Positions 25,601 through 38,175 of a stretch of DNA of 64,000 bases are shown here, one piece after another. Made by a program: the position numbers and the translations under genes. The notes under the pieces were generated by a model that was not told the origin of the DNA, did no database searches, and saw only the letters and a list, made by a program, of their open reading frames with translations. The stretch lies in the NCBI GenBank assembly GCA_051530055.1, contig CM121341.1:16346784-16410783 (forward strand), read 5' to 3'. How positions within the stretch are numbered: position 1 is the first letter of the stretch; each line of letters opens with the position of its first letter. Origin of the DNA: Neoechinorhynchus agilis (taxonomy: Eukaryota; Animalia; Acanthocephala).

Positions 25601-28600
25601 ATCTGCCCTTCGTTCTAGCATTTATGATCATGCTCTTTATTGATCTTTAGATTGCTTTGAATGGAAATTTCGAATTTTGAATGAAAACTTAAAAAGAGAA
25701 GATTATGCGATAATCTTCAATAAAGGCTTGTATTCATGTCTCCAGAATCGAGTTAGCGATCAGAAAAAAAATTGTTACCAAAAGTAGAAATCTGCACTGC
25801 GTTCTAGCATTTATGATCATGTTCTTTATTTATCTTTATATTGCTTTGAATGGAAATTTCGACTTTTGAATGAATACTGAAAAAGAGAAAATTGTGCGAT
25901 AATCTCCAATAAAGGCATGTTTTCATGTCTCCAGAATCGATTTAGCGATCTGAAAAATACTGTAACCAAAAGTAGAAATCTGCATTGCGTTCTAGCATTT
26001 ATGATCATGTTCTCTATTGATCTTTAGATTGATTTAAATGGAAATTTCGACTTTTGAATGAATACTGAAAAAGAGAAAATTGTGCGATAATCTTCAATAA
26101 AGGCTTGGTTTCATGTATCCAGAATCGATTAGGCGATCAGAAAAAATCTGTAACCAAAAGCAGAAATCTGCCCTGCGTTCTAGCATTCATGATCATGTTC
26201 TTTATTGATCTTTAGATTGCTTTGAATGGAAATTTCGACTTTTGAATGAAAACTGAAAAAGAGAAGATTATGCGATAATCTTCAATAAAGGCTTGTTTTC
26301 ATGTCTCCAGAATCGATTTAGCGATCAGAAAAAAATTTGTAACCAAAAGTAGAAATCTGCCCTGCGTTCTAGCATTTATGATCATGTTCGTTATTGATCT
26401 TTGGATTTATTTAAATGGAAATTTCGACTTTTGAATAAAAACTGAAAAAGAGAAGATTATGCGATAATCTCCAATAAAGGCTTGTTTTCATGTCTCCAGA
26501 ATCGATTTAGCGATCAGAAAAAATCAGTAACCAAAAGTAGAAATCTGCCCTGCGCTCTAGCATTTATAATCATGCTCTTCATTGATCTTTAGATTGATTC
26601 GAATGGAAATTTCGACTATTGAATGCAAACTGAAAAAGAGAGGATTGTGCGATAATCTTCAATAAAGGCTTGTTTTCATATCTCAGAATCGATTTAGCGA
26701 CCAGCAAAAATCTGTAACCATAAGCAGAAATCTGCCCTGCGTTCTAGCATTTATGATCAAGTTCTTTTTTGATCTTTTGATTGATTTAAATGGAAATTTC
26801 GACTTTTGAATGCAAACTCAAAAAGAGAAGATTGTGCGATAATCTTCAATAAAGGCTTGTTTTCATATCTCCAGAATCGATTTAGCGACCAGCAAAAATC
26901 TGTAACCATAAGCAGAAATCTGACCTGCGTTCTAGCATTTATGATCATATTCTTTATTGATCTTTAGATTGATTTGAATGGAAATTTCGGCTTTTGAATA
27001 AAAACTGAAAAAGAGAAGATTATGCGATAATCTTCAATAAAGGCTTGTTTGTCATGTCTCCAGAATCGATTAAGCGATCAGCAAATATCTGTAACGAAAA
27101 GTAGAAATCTGCCCTGCGTTCTAGCATTTATGATCATGTTATTTATTGATCTTTAGATTGATTTAAATGGAAATTTCGACTTTTGAATGAATACTGAAAA
27201 AGAGAAAATTGGGCGATAATCTCCAATAAAGGCTTGGTTTTATGTCTCCAGAATCGATTTAGCGATCAGAAAAAATCAGTAACCAAAAGTAGAAATCTGC
27301 CCTGCGCTCTAGCATTTATACTCATGCCCTTCATTGATCTTTAGATTGATTCGAATGGAAATTTCGACTATTGAATGCAAACTGAAAAAGAGAGGATTGT
27401 GCGATAATCTTCAATAAAGGCTTGTTTTCATGTCTCCAGAATCGATTAAGCGATCAGCAAAAATCTGTAACGAAAAGTAGAAATCTGCCCTGCGTTCTAG
27501 CATTTATGATCATGTTCTTTATTGATCTTTTGGGTTGATTTGAATTTAAATTTCGACTTTTGAATGAAAACTGAAAAAGAGAAGATTATGCGATAATCTT
27601 CAATAAAGGATTGTTTTCATGTCTCCACAATCGATTTAGCGGTCAGAAAAAAATTTGTAACCAAAAGTAGAAATCTGCCCTGCGTTCTAGCATTTATAAT
27701 CATGCTCTTCATTGATCTTTAGATTGATTCGAATGGAAATTTCGACTATTGAATGCAAACTGAAAAAGAGAAGATTATACGATAATCTTCAATAAAGGCT
27801 TGTTTTCATGTCTCCAGAATCGATTTAGCGATCAGAAGAAATCTTGAAACAAAAGTAGAAATCTGCCCTGCGTTCTAGCATTTATGATCATGTTCTTTAT
27901 TGATCTTTAGATTGCTTTGAATGGAAATTTCGAATTTTGAATGAAAACTTAAAAAGAGAAGATTATGCGATAATCTTCAATAAAGGCTTGTTTTCATGTC
28001 TCCAGAATCGATTTAGCGATCAGAAAAAAAATTATTACCAAAAGTAGAAATCTGCACTGCGTTCTAGCATTTATGATCATGTTCTTTATTTATCTTTATA
28101 TTGCTTTGAATGAAAATTTCGACTTTTTAATGAAAACTGAACAAGAGAAGATTATGCGATAATCTTCAATAAAGGCTTCTTTTCATATCTCCAGAATCGA
28201 TTTAGCGAGCAGCAAAAATCTGTAACCATAAGCACAAATCTGCCCTGCGTTCTTGCATTTATGATCATATTCTTTATTGATCTTTAGATTGATTTGAATG
28301 GAAATTTCGGCTTTTGAATGCAAACTCAAAAAGAGAAGATTGTGCGATAATCTTCAATAAAGGCTTGTTTTCATATCTCCAGAATCGATTTAGCGATCAG
28401 AAAAAAATTTGTAACCAAAAGTAGAAATCTGTCCTGCGTTCTAGCATTTATGATCATATTCTTTATTGAACTTTAGATTGATTTTAATGGAAATTTCGGC
28501 TTTTGAATAAAAACTGAAAAAGAGAAGATTATGCGATAATCTTCAATGAAGGCTTGTTTTCATGTCTCTAGAATCGATTTAGCGATCAGAAAAAATCTGT

Positions 28601-31600
28601 AACCAAAAGTAGAAATCTGCCCTGCGTTCTAGCATTTATGATCATGTTCTTTATTGATCTTTAGATTGATTCGAATGGAAATTTCGACTTTTGAATGAAA
28701 ACTGAAAAAGAGAAGATTATGCTATAATCTCCAATAAAGGCTTGTTTTCATGTCTCCAGAATCGATTTAGCGATCTGAAAAATACTGTAACCAAAAGTAG
28801 AAATCTGCATTGCGTTCTAGGATTTAATATCGTGTTCCTATTGATCTTTAGATTGGTTTGAATGGAAATTTCGACTTTTGAATTAAAACTGAAAAAGAGA
28901 AGATTATGCGATAATCTCCAAAAGAAGGCTTGTTTTCATGTCTCCAGAATCGATATAGCGATCAGAAAAAATCAGTAACCAAAAGTAGAAATCTGCCCTG
29001 CGTTCTAGCATTTATAATCATGCTCTTCATTGATCTTTAAATTGATTCGAATGGAAATTTCGACTATTGAATGCAAACTGAAAAAGAGAAGATTATACGA
29101 TAATCTTCAATAAAGGCTTGTTTTCATGTCTCCAGAATCGATTTAGCGATCAGAAAAAATCTGTAACGAAAAGTAGAAATCTGCCCTGCGTTCTAGCATT
29201 TATGATCATGTTCTTTATTGATCTTTAGATTGATTTAAATGGAAATTTCGACTTTTGAATGAATACTGAAAAAGAGAAAATTGTGCGATAATCTTCAATA
29301 AAGGCTTGGTTTCATGTCTCCAGAATCGATTTAGCGATCAGAAAAAAATTTGTAACCAAAAGTAGAAATCTGCCCAGCGTTCTAGCATTTATGATCATGT
29401 TCGTTATTGATCTTTGGATTTATTTAAATGGAAATTTCGACTTTTGAATAAAAACTGAAAAAGAGAAGATTATGCGATAATCTCCAATAAAGGCTTGTTT
29501 TCATGTCTCCAGAATCGATTTAGCGATCAGAAAAAATCAGTAACCAAAAGTAGAAATCTGCCCTGCGCTCTAGCATTTATAATCATGCTCTTCATTGATC
29601 TTTAGATTGATTCGAATGGAAATTTCGACTATTGAATGCAAACTGAAAAAGAGAGGATTGTGCGATAATCTTCAATAAAGGCTGGTTTTCATATCTCCAG
29701 AATCGATTTAGCGACCAGCAAAAATCTGTAACCATAAGCAGAAATCTGCCCTGCGTTCTAGCATTTATGATCAAGTTCTTTTTTGATCTTTTGATTGATT
29801 TAAATGGAAATTTCGACTTTTGAATGCAAACTCAAAAAGAGAAGATTGTGCGATAATCTTCAATAAAGGCTTGTTTTCATATCTCCAGAATCGATTTAGC
29901 GACCAGCAAAAATCTGTAACCATAAGCAGAAATCTGACCTGCGTTCTAGCATTTATGATCATATTCTTTATTGATCTTTAGATTGATTTGAATGGAAATT
30001 TCGGCTTTTGAATAAAAACTGAAAAAGAGAAGATTATGCGATAATCTTCAATAAAGGCTTGTTTGTCATGTCTCCAGAATCGATTAAGCGATCAGCAAAT
30101 ATCTGTCACGAAAAGTAGAAATCTGCCCTGCGTTCTAGCATTTATGATCATGTTATTTATTGATCTTTAGATTGATTTAAATGGAAATTTCGACTTTTTA
30201 ATGAATACTGAAAAAGAGAAAATTGGGCGATAATCTCCAATAAAGGCTTGGTTTTATGTCTCCAGAATCGATTTAGCGATCAGAAAAAATCAGTAACCAA
30301 AAGTAGAAATCTGCCCTGCGCTCTAGCATTTATACTCATGCCCTTCATTGATCTTTAGATTGATTCGAATGGAAATTTCGACTATTGAATGCAAACTGAA
30401 AAAGAGAGGATTGTGCGATAATCTTCAATAAAGGCTTGTTTTCATGTCTCCAGAATCGATTAAGCGATCAGCAAACATCTGTAACGAAAAGTAGAAATCT
30501 GCCCTGCGTTCTAGCATTTATGATCATGTTCTTTATTGATCTTTTGGGTTGATTTGAATTTAAATTTCGACTTTTGAATGAAAACTGAAAAAGAGAAGAT
30601 TATGCGATAATCTTCAATAAAGGATTGTTTTCATGTCTCCACAATCGATTTAGCGGTCAGAAAAAAATTTGTAACCAAAAGTAGAAATCTGCCCTGCGTT
30701 CTAGCATTTATAATCATGCTCTTCATTGATCTTTAGATTGATTCGAATGGAAATTTCGACTATTGAATGCAAACTGAAAAAGAGAAGATTATACGATAAT
30801 CTTCAATAAAGGCTTGTTTTCATGTCTCCAGAATCGATTTAGCGATCAGAAGAAATCTTGAAACAAAAGTAGAAATCTGCCCTGCGTTCTAGCATTTATG
30901 ATCATGTTCTTTATTGATCTTTAGATTGCTTTGAATGGAAATTTCGAATTTTGAATGAAAACTTAAAAAGAGAAGATTATGCGATAATCTTCAATAAAGG
31001 CTTGTTTTCATGTCTCCAGAATCGATTTAGCGATCAGAAAAAAAATTATTACCAAAAGTAGAAATCTGCACTGCGTTCTAGCATTTATGATCATGTTCTT
31101 TATTTATCTTTATATTGCTTTGAATGAAAATTTCGACTTTTTAATGAAAACTGAACAAGAGAAGATTATGCGATAATCTTCAATAAAGGCTTCTTTTCAT
31201 ATCTCCAGAATCGATTTAGCGACCAGCAAAAATCTGTAACCATAAGGACAAATCTGCCCTGCGTTCTTGCATTTATGATCATATTCTTTATTGATCTTTA
31301 GATTGATTTGAATGGAAATTTCGGCTTTTGAATGCAAACTCAAAAAGAGAAGATTGTGCGATAATCTTCAATAAAGGCTTGTTTTCATATCTCCAGAATC
31401 GATTTAGCGATCAGAAAAAAATTTGTAACTAAAAGTAGAAATCTGTCCTGCGTTCTAGCATTTATGATCATATTCTTTATTGAACTTTAGATTGATTTTA
31501 ATGGAAATTTCGGCTTTTGAATAAAAACTGAAAAAGAGAAGATTATGCGATAATCTTCAATGAAGGCTTGTTTTCACGTCTCTAGAATCGATTTAGCGAT

Positions 31601-34600
31601 CAGAAAAAATCTGTAACCAAAAGTAGAAATCTGCCCTGCGTTCTAGCATTTATGATCATGTTCTTTATTGATCTTTAGATTGATTCGAATGGAAATTTCG
31701 ACTTTTGAATGAAAACTGAAAAAGAGAAGATTATGCGATAATCTCCAATAAAGGCTTGTTTTCATGTCTCCAGAATCGATTTAGCGATCTGAAAAATACT
31801 GTAACCAAAAGTAGAAATCTGCATTGCGTTCTAGGATTTAATATCGTGTTCCTATTGATCTTTAGATTGGTTTGAATGGAAATTTCGACTTTTGAATTAA
31901 AACTGAAAAAGAGAAGATTATGCGATAATCTCCAAAAGAAGGCTTGTTTTCATGTCTCCAGAATCGATTTAGCGATCAGAAAAAATCTGTAACCAAAAGT
32001 AGAAATCTGCCCTGCGTTCTAGCATTTATGATCATGTTCTTCATTGATCTTTAGATTGATTCGAATGGAAATTTCGACTTTTGAATGAAAACTGAAAAAG
32101 AGAAGATTGTGCGATAATCTTCAATAAAGGCTTGTTTTCATGTCTCCAGAATCGATTTAGCGATCAGAAAAAATCTGTAACGAAAAGTAGAAATCTGCCC
32201 TGCGTTCTAGCATTTATGATCATGTTCTTTATTGATCTTTAGATTGATTTAAATGGAAATTTCGACTTTTGAATGAATACTGAAAAAGAGAAAATTGTGC
32301 GATAATCTTCAATAAAGGCTTGGTTTCATGTCCCCAGAATCGATTTAGCGATCAGAAAAAATCTGTAACAAAAAGTAGAAATCTGCCCTGCGTTGTAGCA
32401 TTTATGATCATGTTTTCTATTGATCTTTAGATTGATTTAAATGGAAATTTCGACTTTTGAATGAATACTGAAAAAGAGAAAATTGTGCGATAATCTTCTA
32501 TAAAGGCTTGGTTTCATGTATCCAGAATCGATTAGGCGATCAGAAAAAATCTGTAACCAAAAGCAGAAATCTGCCCTGCGTTCTAGCATTCATGATCATG
32601 TTCTTTATTGATCTTTAGATTGATTCGAATGGAAATTTCGACTTTTTAATGAAAACTGAAAAAGAGAAGATTATGCGATAATCTTCAATAAAGGCTCGTT
32701 TTCATGTCTCCAGAATCGATTTAGCGATCAGAAAAAAATTTGTAACCAAAAGTAGAAATCTGCCCTGCATTCTAGCATTGATGTTCATGTTCTTTATTGA
32801 CCTTTAGATTGCTTTGAATGGAAATTTCGACTTTTGAATGAAAACTGAACAAGAGAAGATTATGCGATAACCTTCAATAAAGGCTTGTTTACATGTCTCC
32901 AGAATCGATTTAGCGATCAGAAAAAATTTGTAACCAAAAGTAGAAATCTGCCCTGCGTTCTTGCATTTATGATCATGTTCGTTATTGATCTTTGGATTTA
33001 TTTAAATGGAAATTTCGACTTTTGAATTAAAACTGAAAAAGAGAAGATTATGCGATAATCTCCAATAAAGGCTTGTTTTCATGTCTCCAGAATCGATTTA
33101 GCGATCAGAAAAAATCAGTAACCAAAAGTAGAAATCTGCCCTGCGCTCTAGCATTTATAATCATGCTCTTCATTGATCTTTAGATTGATTCGAATGGAAA
33201 TTTCGACTATTGAATGCAAACTGAAAAAGAGAGGATTGTGCGATAATCTTCAATAAAGGCTTGTTTTCATATCTCCAGGATCGATTTAGCGACCAGCAAA
33301 AATCTGCAACCATAAGCAGAAATCTGCCCTGCGTTCCAGCATTTATGATCATGTTCTTTTTTGATCTTTAGATTGATTTAAATGGAAATTTCGACTTTTG
33401 AATGCAAACTCAAAAAGAGAAGATTGTGCGATAATCTTCAATAAAGGCTTGTTTTCATATCTCCAGAATCGATTTAGCGACCAGCAAAAATCTGTAACCA
33501 TAAGCAGAAATCTGCCCTACGTTCTAGCATTTATGATCATGTTCTTTATTGATCTTTAGATTGATTTGAATGGAAATTTCGGCTTTTGAATTAAAACTGA
33601 AAAAGAGAAGATTATGCAATAATCTTCAATAAAGGCTTGTTTTCATGTCTCCAGAATCGATTAAGTGATCAGCAAAAATCTGTAACGAAAAGTAGAAATC
33701 TGCCCTGCGTTCTAGCATTTATGATCATGTTATTTATTGATCTTTAGATTGATTTAAATGGAAATTTCGACTTTTGAATGAATACTGAAAAAGAGAAAAT
33801 TGTGCGATAATCTCCAATAAAGGCTTGTTTTCATGTCTCCAGAATCGATTTAGCGATCAGAAAAAATCAGTAACCAAAAGTAGAAATCTGCCCTGCGCTC
33901 TAGCATTTATACTCATGCTCTTCATTGATCTTTTGATTGATTTGAATGGAAATTTCGACTTTTGAATGCAAACTCAAAAAGAGAAGATTGTACGATAATC
34001 TTCAATAAAGGCTTGTTTTCATGTCTCGCGAATCGATTTAGCGATCAGAAAAAAATTTGTAACCAAAAGTAGAAATCTGCCCTGCGTTCTGGCATTTATA
34101 ATCATGTTCTTTATTGATCTTTAGATTGCTTTGAATGGAAATTCCGACTTTTGAATGAAAACTGAAAATGAGAGGATTATGCGATAATCACGAATAAAGG
34201 CTCGTTTTCATGACTCCAGAATCGATTTAGCGATCAGAAAAAGATTTGTAACCAAAAGTAGAAATCTGCCCTGCGTTCTAGCGTTTATGATCATGTTCTT
34301 TATTGATCTTTAGATTGATTTGAATGGAAATTTCGACTTTTGAGTGAAAACTTAAAAAGAGAAGATTATGCGATAATCTTCAATAAAGGCATGGTTTCAT
34401 GTCTCCAGAATCGATTTAACGATCAGAAAAAATCTGCAACCAAGAGTAGAAATCTACCCTGCGTTCTAGGATTTATGATCATGTTCTTTATTGATCTTAA
34501 GATTGATTTTAATGGAAATTTCGACTTTTGAATGAAAACTGAAAAAGAGAAGATTGTGCGATAATCTTCAATAAGGGCTTGTTTTCATGTCTTCAGAATC

Positions 34601-35724
34601 GATTTAGCGTCCAGCAAAAGTCTGTAACCAAAAGCCGAAATCTGCCCTTCGTTCTAGCATTTATGATCATGTTCTTTATTGATCTTTAGATTAATTTGAA
34701 TGGAAATTTCGACTTTTGAATGAAAACTGAAAAAGAGACGATTGTGCGATAATCTTCAATAAAGGCTTGGTTTCATGTCTGCAGAATCGATTTAGCGATC
34801 AGAAAAATACTGTAACGAAAAGTGGAAATCTGCTCTGCGTTCTAGCATTTATGATCATGTTATTTATTAATCTTTAGGTTGATTTGAATGGAAATTTCGA
34901 CTTTTGGATGAAAACTGAAAAAAAGAAAATTGTGCGATAATCTTCAATAAAGGCTTGTTTTCATATCTCCAGAATCGATTTAGCGACCAGCAAAAATCTG
35001 TAACCATAAGCAGAAATCTGCCCTACGTTCTAGGATTTATGATCATGTTCTTTATTGATCTTTAGATTGCTTTGAATGGAAATTCCGACTTTTGAATGAA
35101 AACTGAGGAGAAGATTATGCGATAATCTCCAATAAAGGCTTGGTTTCATGTCTCCAGAATCGATTTAGCGATCAGAAAAAAATTTGTAGCCAAAAGTAGA
35201 AATCTGCCCTGCGTTCTAGCATTTATGATCATGTTCTTTATTGATCTTTAGATTGATTTGAATGGAAATTTCGACTTTTGAATTAAAACTGAAAAAGCGA
35301 AAATTGTGCGATAATCTTCAATAAAGGCTTGGTTTCATGTCTCCAGAATCGATTTAGCGATCAGAAAAAATCTGTAACAAAAAGTAGAAATCTGGCCTGC
35401 GTTCTAACATTTATGATCATGTTCTTTATTGATCTTTAGATTGCTTTGAATGGAAATTTCGACTTTTGAATGAAAACTTAAAAAGAGAAGATTATGCGAT
35501 AATCTTCGATAAAGGCTTGTTTTCATGTCTCCAGAATCTATTTAGCGATCAGAAAAATACTGTAACCAAAAGTAGAAATCTGCCCTGCGTTCTTGCATTT
35601 ATAATCATGCTCTTCATTGATCTTTAGATTGATTCGAATGGAAATTTCGACTTTTGAATGAAAACTGAAAAAGAGAAGATTATGCGATAATCTTCAATAA
35701 AGGCTCGTTTTCATGTCTCCAGAA
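7662..35724. repeat. Tandem satellite, 188-bp monomer, about 149 copies, single orientation
   Basis: Consensus CTGTAACCAAAAGTAGAAATCTGCCCTGCGTTCTAGCATTTATGATCATGTTCTTTATTGATCTTTAGATTGATTTGAATGGAAATTTCGACTTTTGAATGAAAACTGAAAAAGAGAAGATTATGCGATAATCTTCAATAAAGGCTTGTTTTCATGTCTCCAGAATCGATTTAGCGATCAGAAAAAAT; the period was checked from repeated landmarks (e.g. 21123 to 21311). Confidence 0.99.
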
Positions 35725-36146
35725 GCGACTGAACCGAAAAGATGACATATATCAGAAAAATTACAATTTTTGGATAATTAAATCGCATATTTATGGCGGA
35801 AAAATAAAAGGAATTTATTAAATCCGATATTTCTTCACAATTTCGTGCCTTTATTATGGTTTTTAAAGTGTTTAATCCGCACTACGAAATTAGAAGCGTC
35901 ATGCAAGGTGTCAATGTCTAAATTATCTTTTAGGACTTAAAGAGCTTCTCCTCGACCCTCGAAGGCGAGTAAATTGTCTAATAATCAGGAATAGAGTTAT
36001 ATAAATGAAGTTTTGACATGCATTAAAAAAACAATTCGGAAATTATTGTTGTGGAATTTGTAAATAAAGAGCGAAATCAACAGACACTGTGCATCGAACA
36101 AATCCAAAAGATTATCGAAGAGACTTTTAATCTGAAAATATCATTT

Positions 36147-36743
36147 TTAGGCGACGTCCTTCGTTTCGATTTCCTCGGACTTCTCATCCACCTTATCTCC
36201 ATCATTCACCACTTTAGGTTTATCCTCCGCTCCATCTCCTTTGCCATGATCACCGCTTGCACAGCTGCTCTCGTCATCACTATCTGGATCCAAATCGTCA
36301 AGATCTGCATCGTTGTTCCAAGCTTGTGGCAATTCAAAGTTTTTGGTGGGCATAAAATCATCATCAGAATCACTTCCATCACCTGTCCAACGAGACCAAT
36401 CAACTTTAACAAACGGTAGCTTCTTTCCTTCATTTAAGCTTTTCCATAACTCACTTGAAACGTTCTTGTCACCCTCGGTCTTAACTTCTGCTTTCTTGAT
36501 CTTCACAATCCAGTTTCGATCACCTTGGATGCTCTCATATCCAACGGGAACAACTTCGCCAGCGAGCGGAATATCAAATGCGTACGCACCTGAATCATCG
36601 GATCCATAGAACTTAAAATTTCTCTTTTCCACTGAAATCTTTGTATCCTTAAGGTCATGAACATCTATGACCAGAACTATCTCCGATTTTGTTTGCGACC
36701 ATAGAACTGTTGGAATCTTGACGGACGACGACATCTGAGACAT
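36147..36743 (-). CDS. PTGES3: p23 Hsp90 co-chaperone (CS domain plus acidic tail), single exon, 198 aa
   Basis: PTVLWSQTKSEIVLVIDV, FKFYG, YAFDIPL, KIKKAE, LPFVKVDWSRWTGDGSDSDDD and an acidic C-terminus. Confidence 0.9.
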   Translation of the reverse strand: MSQMSSSVKIPTVLWSQTKSEIVLVIDVHDLKDTKISVEKRNFKFYGSDDSGAYAFDIPLAGEVVPVGYESIQGDRNWIVKIKKAEVKTEGDKNVSSELWKSLNEGKKLPFVKVDWSRWTGDGSDSDDDFMPTKNFELPQAWNNDADLDDLDPDSDDESSCASGDHGKGDGAEDKPKVVNDGDKVDEKSEEIETKDVA

Positions 36744-37374
36744 GAAGCGCGGTTGAGGAGTCGAAAGACGTGTGGACCTCGATGACGGGACACGAAAGAA
36801 AAGCCAGTTAAGAAATTCTCAAATTTTTGAAGTAACGCACTCCACAAACTGTCAATATTGACGTCTTCATCGACGAAAACCGTTTTGCTAAAGTAGGAAA
36901 TTTAGCTATGTATTAAAAGAGAATCTTTGTAGTTTTAAAAATGTTCATCATTTAGCTTTTTTATAGCGAAATTGATTGATTTGATAATTTCCGAGCTTCT
37001 TCAGCTGTTTGTAAGTCTTAAAAATTATTATAATTCGCTATAGAAAAGTAAAAAAATCGTAGAGAACCCATCGAAAAAAGTAACGGTTGTCGAGCCATCA
37101 TAATAGATAAGCGCGGAAGAAATCTAGAAACTGATGATAACAAATCCACTTGATTGTGCAATGCTTGACCCTTTTGAAAAAACATTTGAGAATAAAATGT
37201 TTAGCACGAGCAATATATAACGATAACGACATAAATGTATTTGTGTAGATATTCATTTAGGAATTAATTATGATGGTGAACTGAAGAAAAAAATTTTATG
37301 AATATATTAATCAGAATTTTCGACCAATGCGTTGGTCTTCTTCAGTGATTGTTTCGCAAGTTTGTCACTTCAGC

Positions 37375-37511
37375 ATTGTTGATGGTGTTGATCATTTATT
37401 TCAAAATATCGCGTAAGCTTTTTTTGCTTACCTCTTCAGTTATATTTACAAATTAAGTTACAAAAAAGCTTACGAAATAATTTAAAATAAATGATCAACA
37501 CCATCAACAAT
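37375..37511. mobile_element. Fold-back element with 27-bp perfect outer arms
   Basis: ATTGTTGATGGTGTTGATCATTTATTT ... AAATAAATGATCAACACCATCAACAAT, plus inner CGTAAGCTTTTTT/AAAAAAGCTTACG. Confidence 0.9.
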
Positions 37512-38175
37512 CCGAGGAAAAAACATCGCCAAACTCGAATATATGGAAATGCACACCGTCAAATGCACTTATGAATAATCTTCAAACCGAAAATCTGCCC
37601 ATGCGCATTCTCAAAGCCAAAGATGAAGCACGGAAGAGATCTTAAAAATAACAACATTGCGTATTTAAGCATGGAAGAAATTTAAAGATTTGATGAACTC
37701 ACTTTTAAATATATTAAAATGCGTTACATTTGGAAGAGTTCTCTCTATAGAAAGTGAAAAATAACTGGAAAAGAGTCGCGTTTATTGACTAATTGATTTT
37801 ATCAGTAGTCAATTTGAGCAACAGAAGTAAATCGAACTAAGAATTAACTGTCGTTTAAATATACTAAAATGCCCATATTCACAGTGTTTAAAAAACTCAA
37901 AAGCAATTGAATTGATAGTAAAAAATGATTAAATCAGTCGAAAATGTAATTAGTGGCGATTTTGTACTTTTAAAAAAAGAAGCTATTATTTACTAAAGAT
38001 ATAAAGTCAACATTCACCTAAAGCGCAAATAAAGCTACTTCAGTGCAAACATTTGAATCAAGTGAGATAAAACGACCAACACGCTCTTCAAACCTAGAGA
38101 AAGCGTATTGAATTCTGCCGAGTTTCAACGCTCAAGATCCGATTTGAAATGAACTCCACATTCTGGGTCGTTTAA

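Noticed and set aside
8469-34531. Repeated 60-74 aa ORFs (MIINARTQGRF..., MNENL...) in the array
   Set aside because: They are translations of the satellite monomer. Most copies carry stops, and opening depends on a single TAT/TGT variant, so there is no sign of coding constraint.
7662-35724. CRISPR-like or tandem RNA gene array
   Set aside because: There are no unique spacers, the context is eukaryotic, and no tRNA, 5S, SL or snRNA motif is recognisable in the monomer.
36051-36609. + strand ORFs overlapping p23, and similar shadow ORFs over PARP1, APC1, RERE and the CRE elements
   Set aside because: They are antisense or alternative-frame shadows of real coding sequence.
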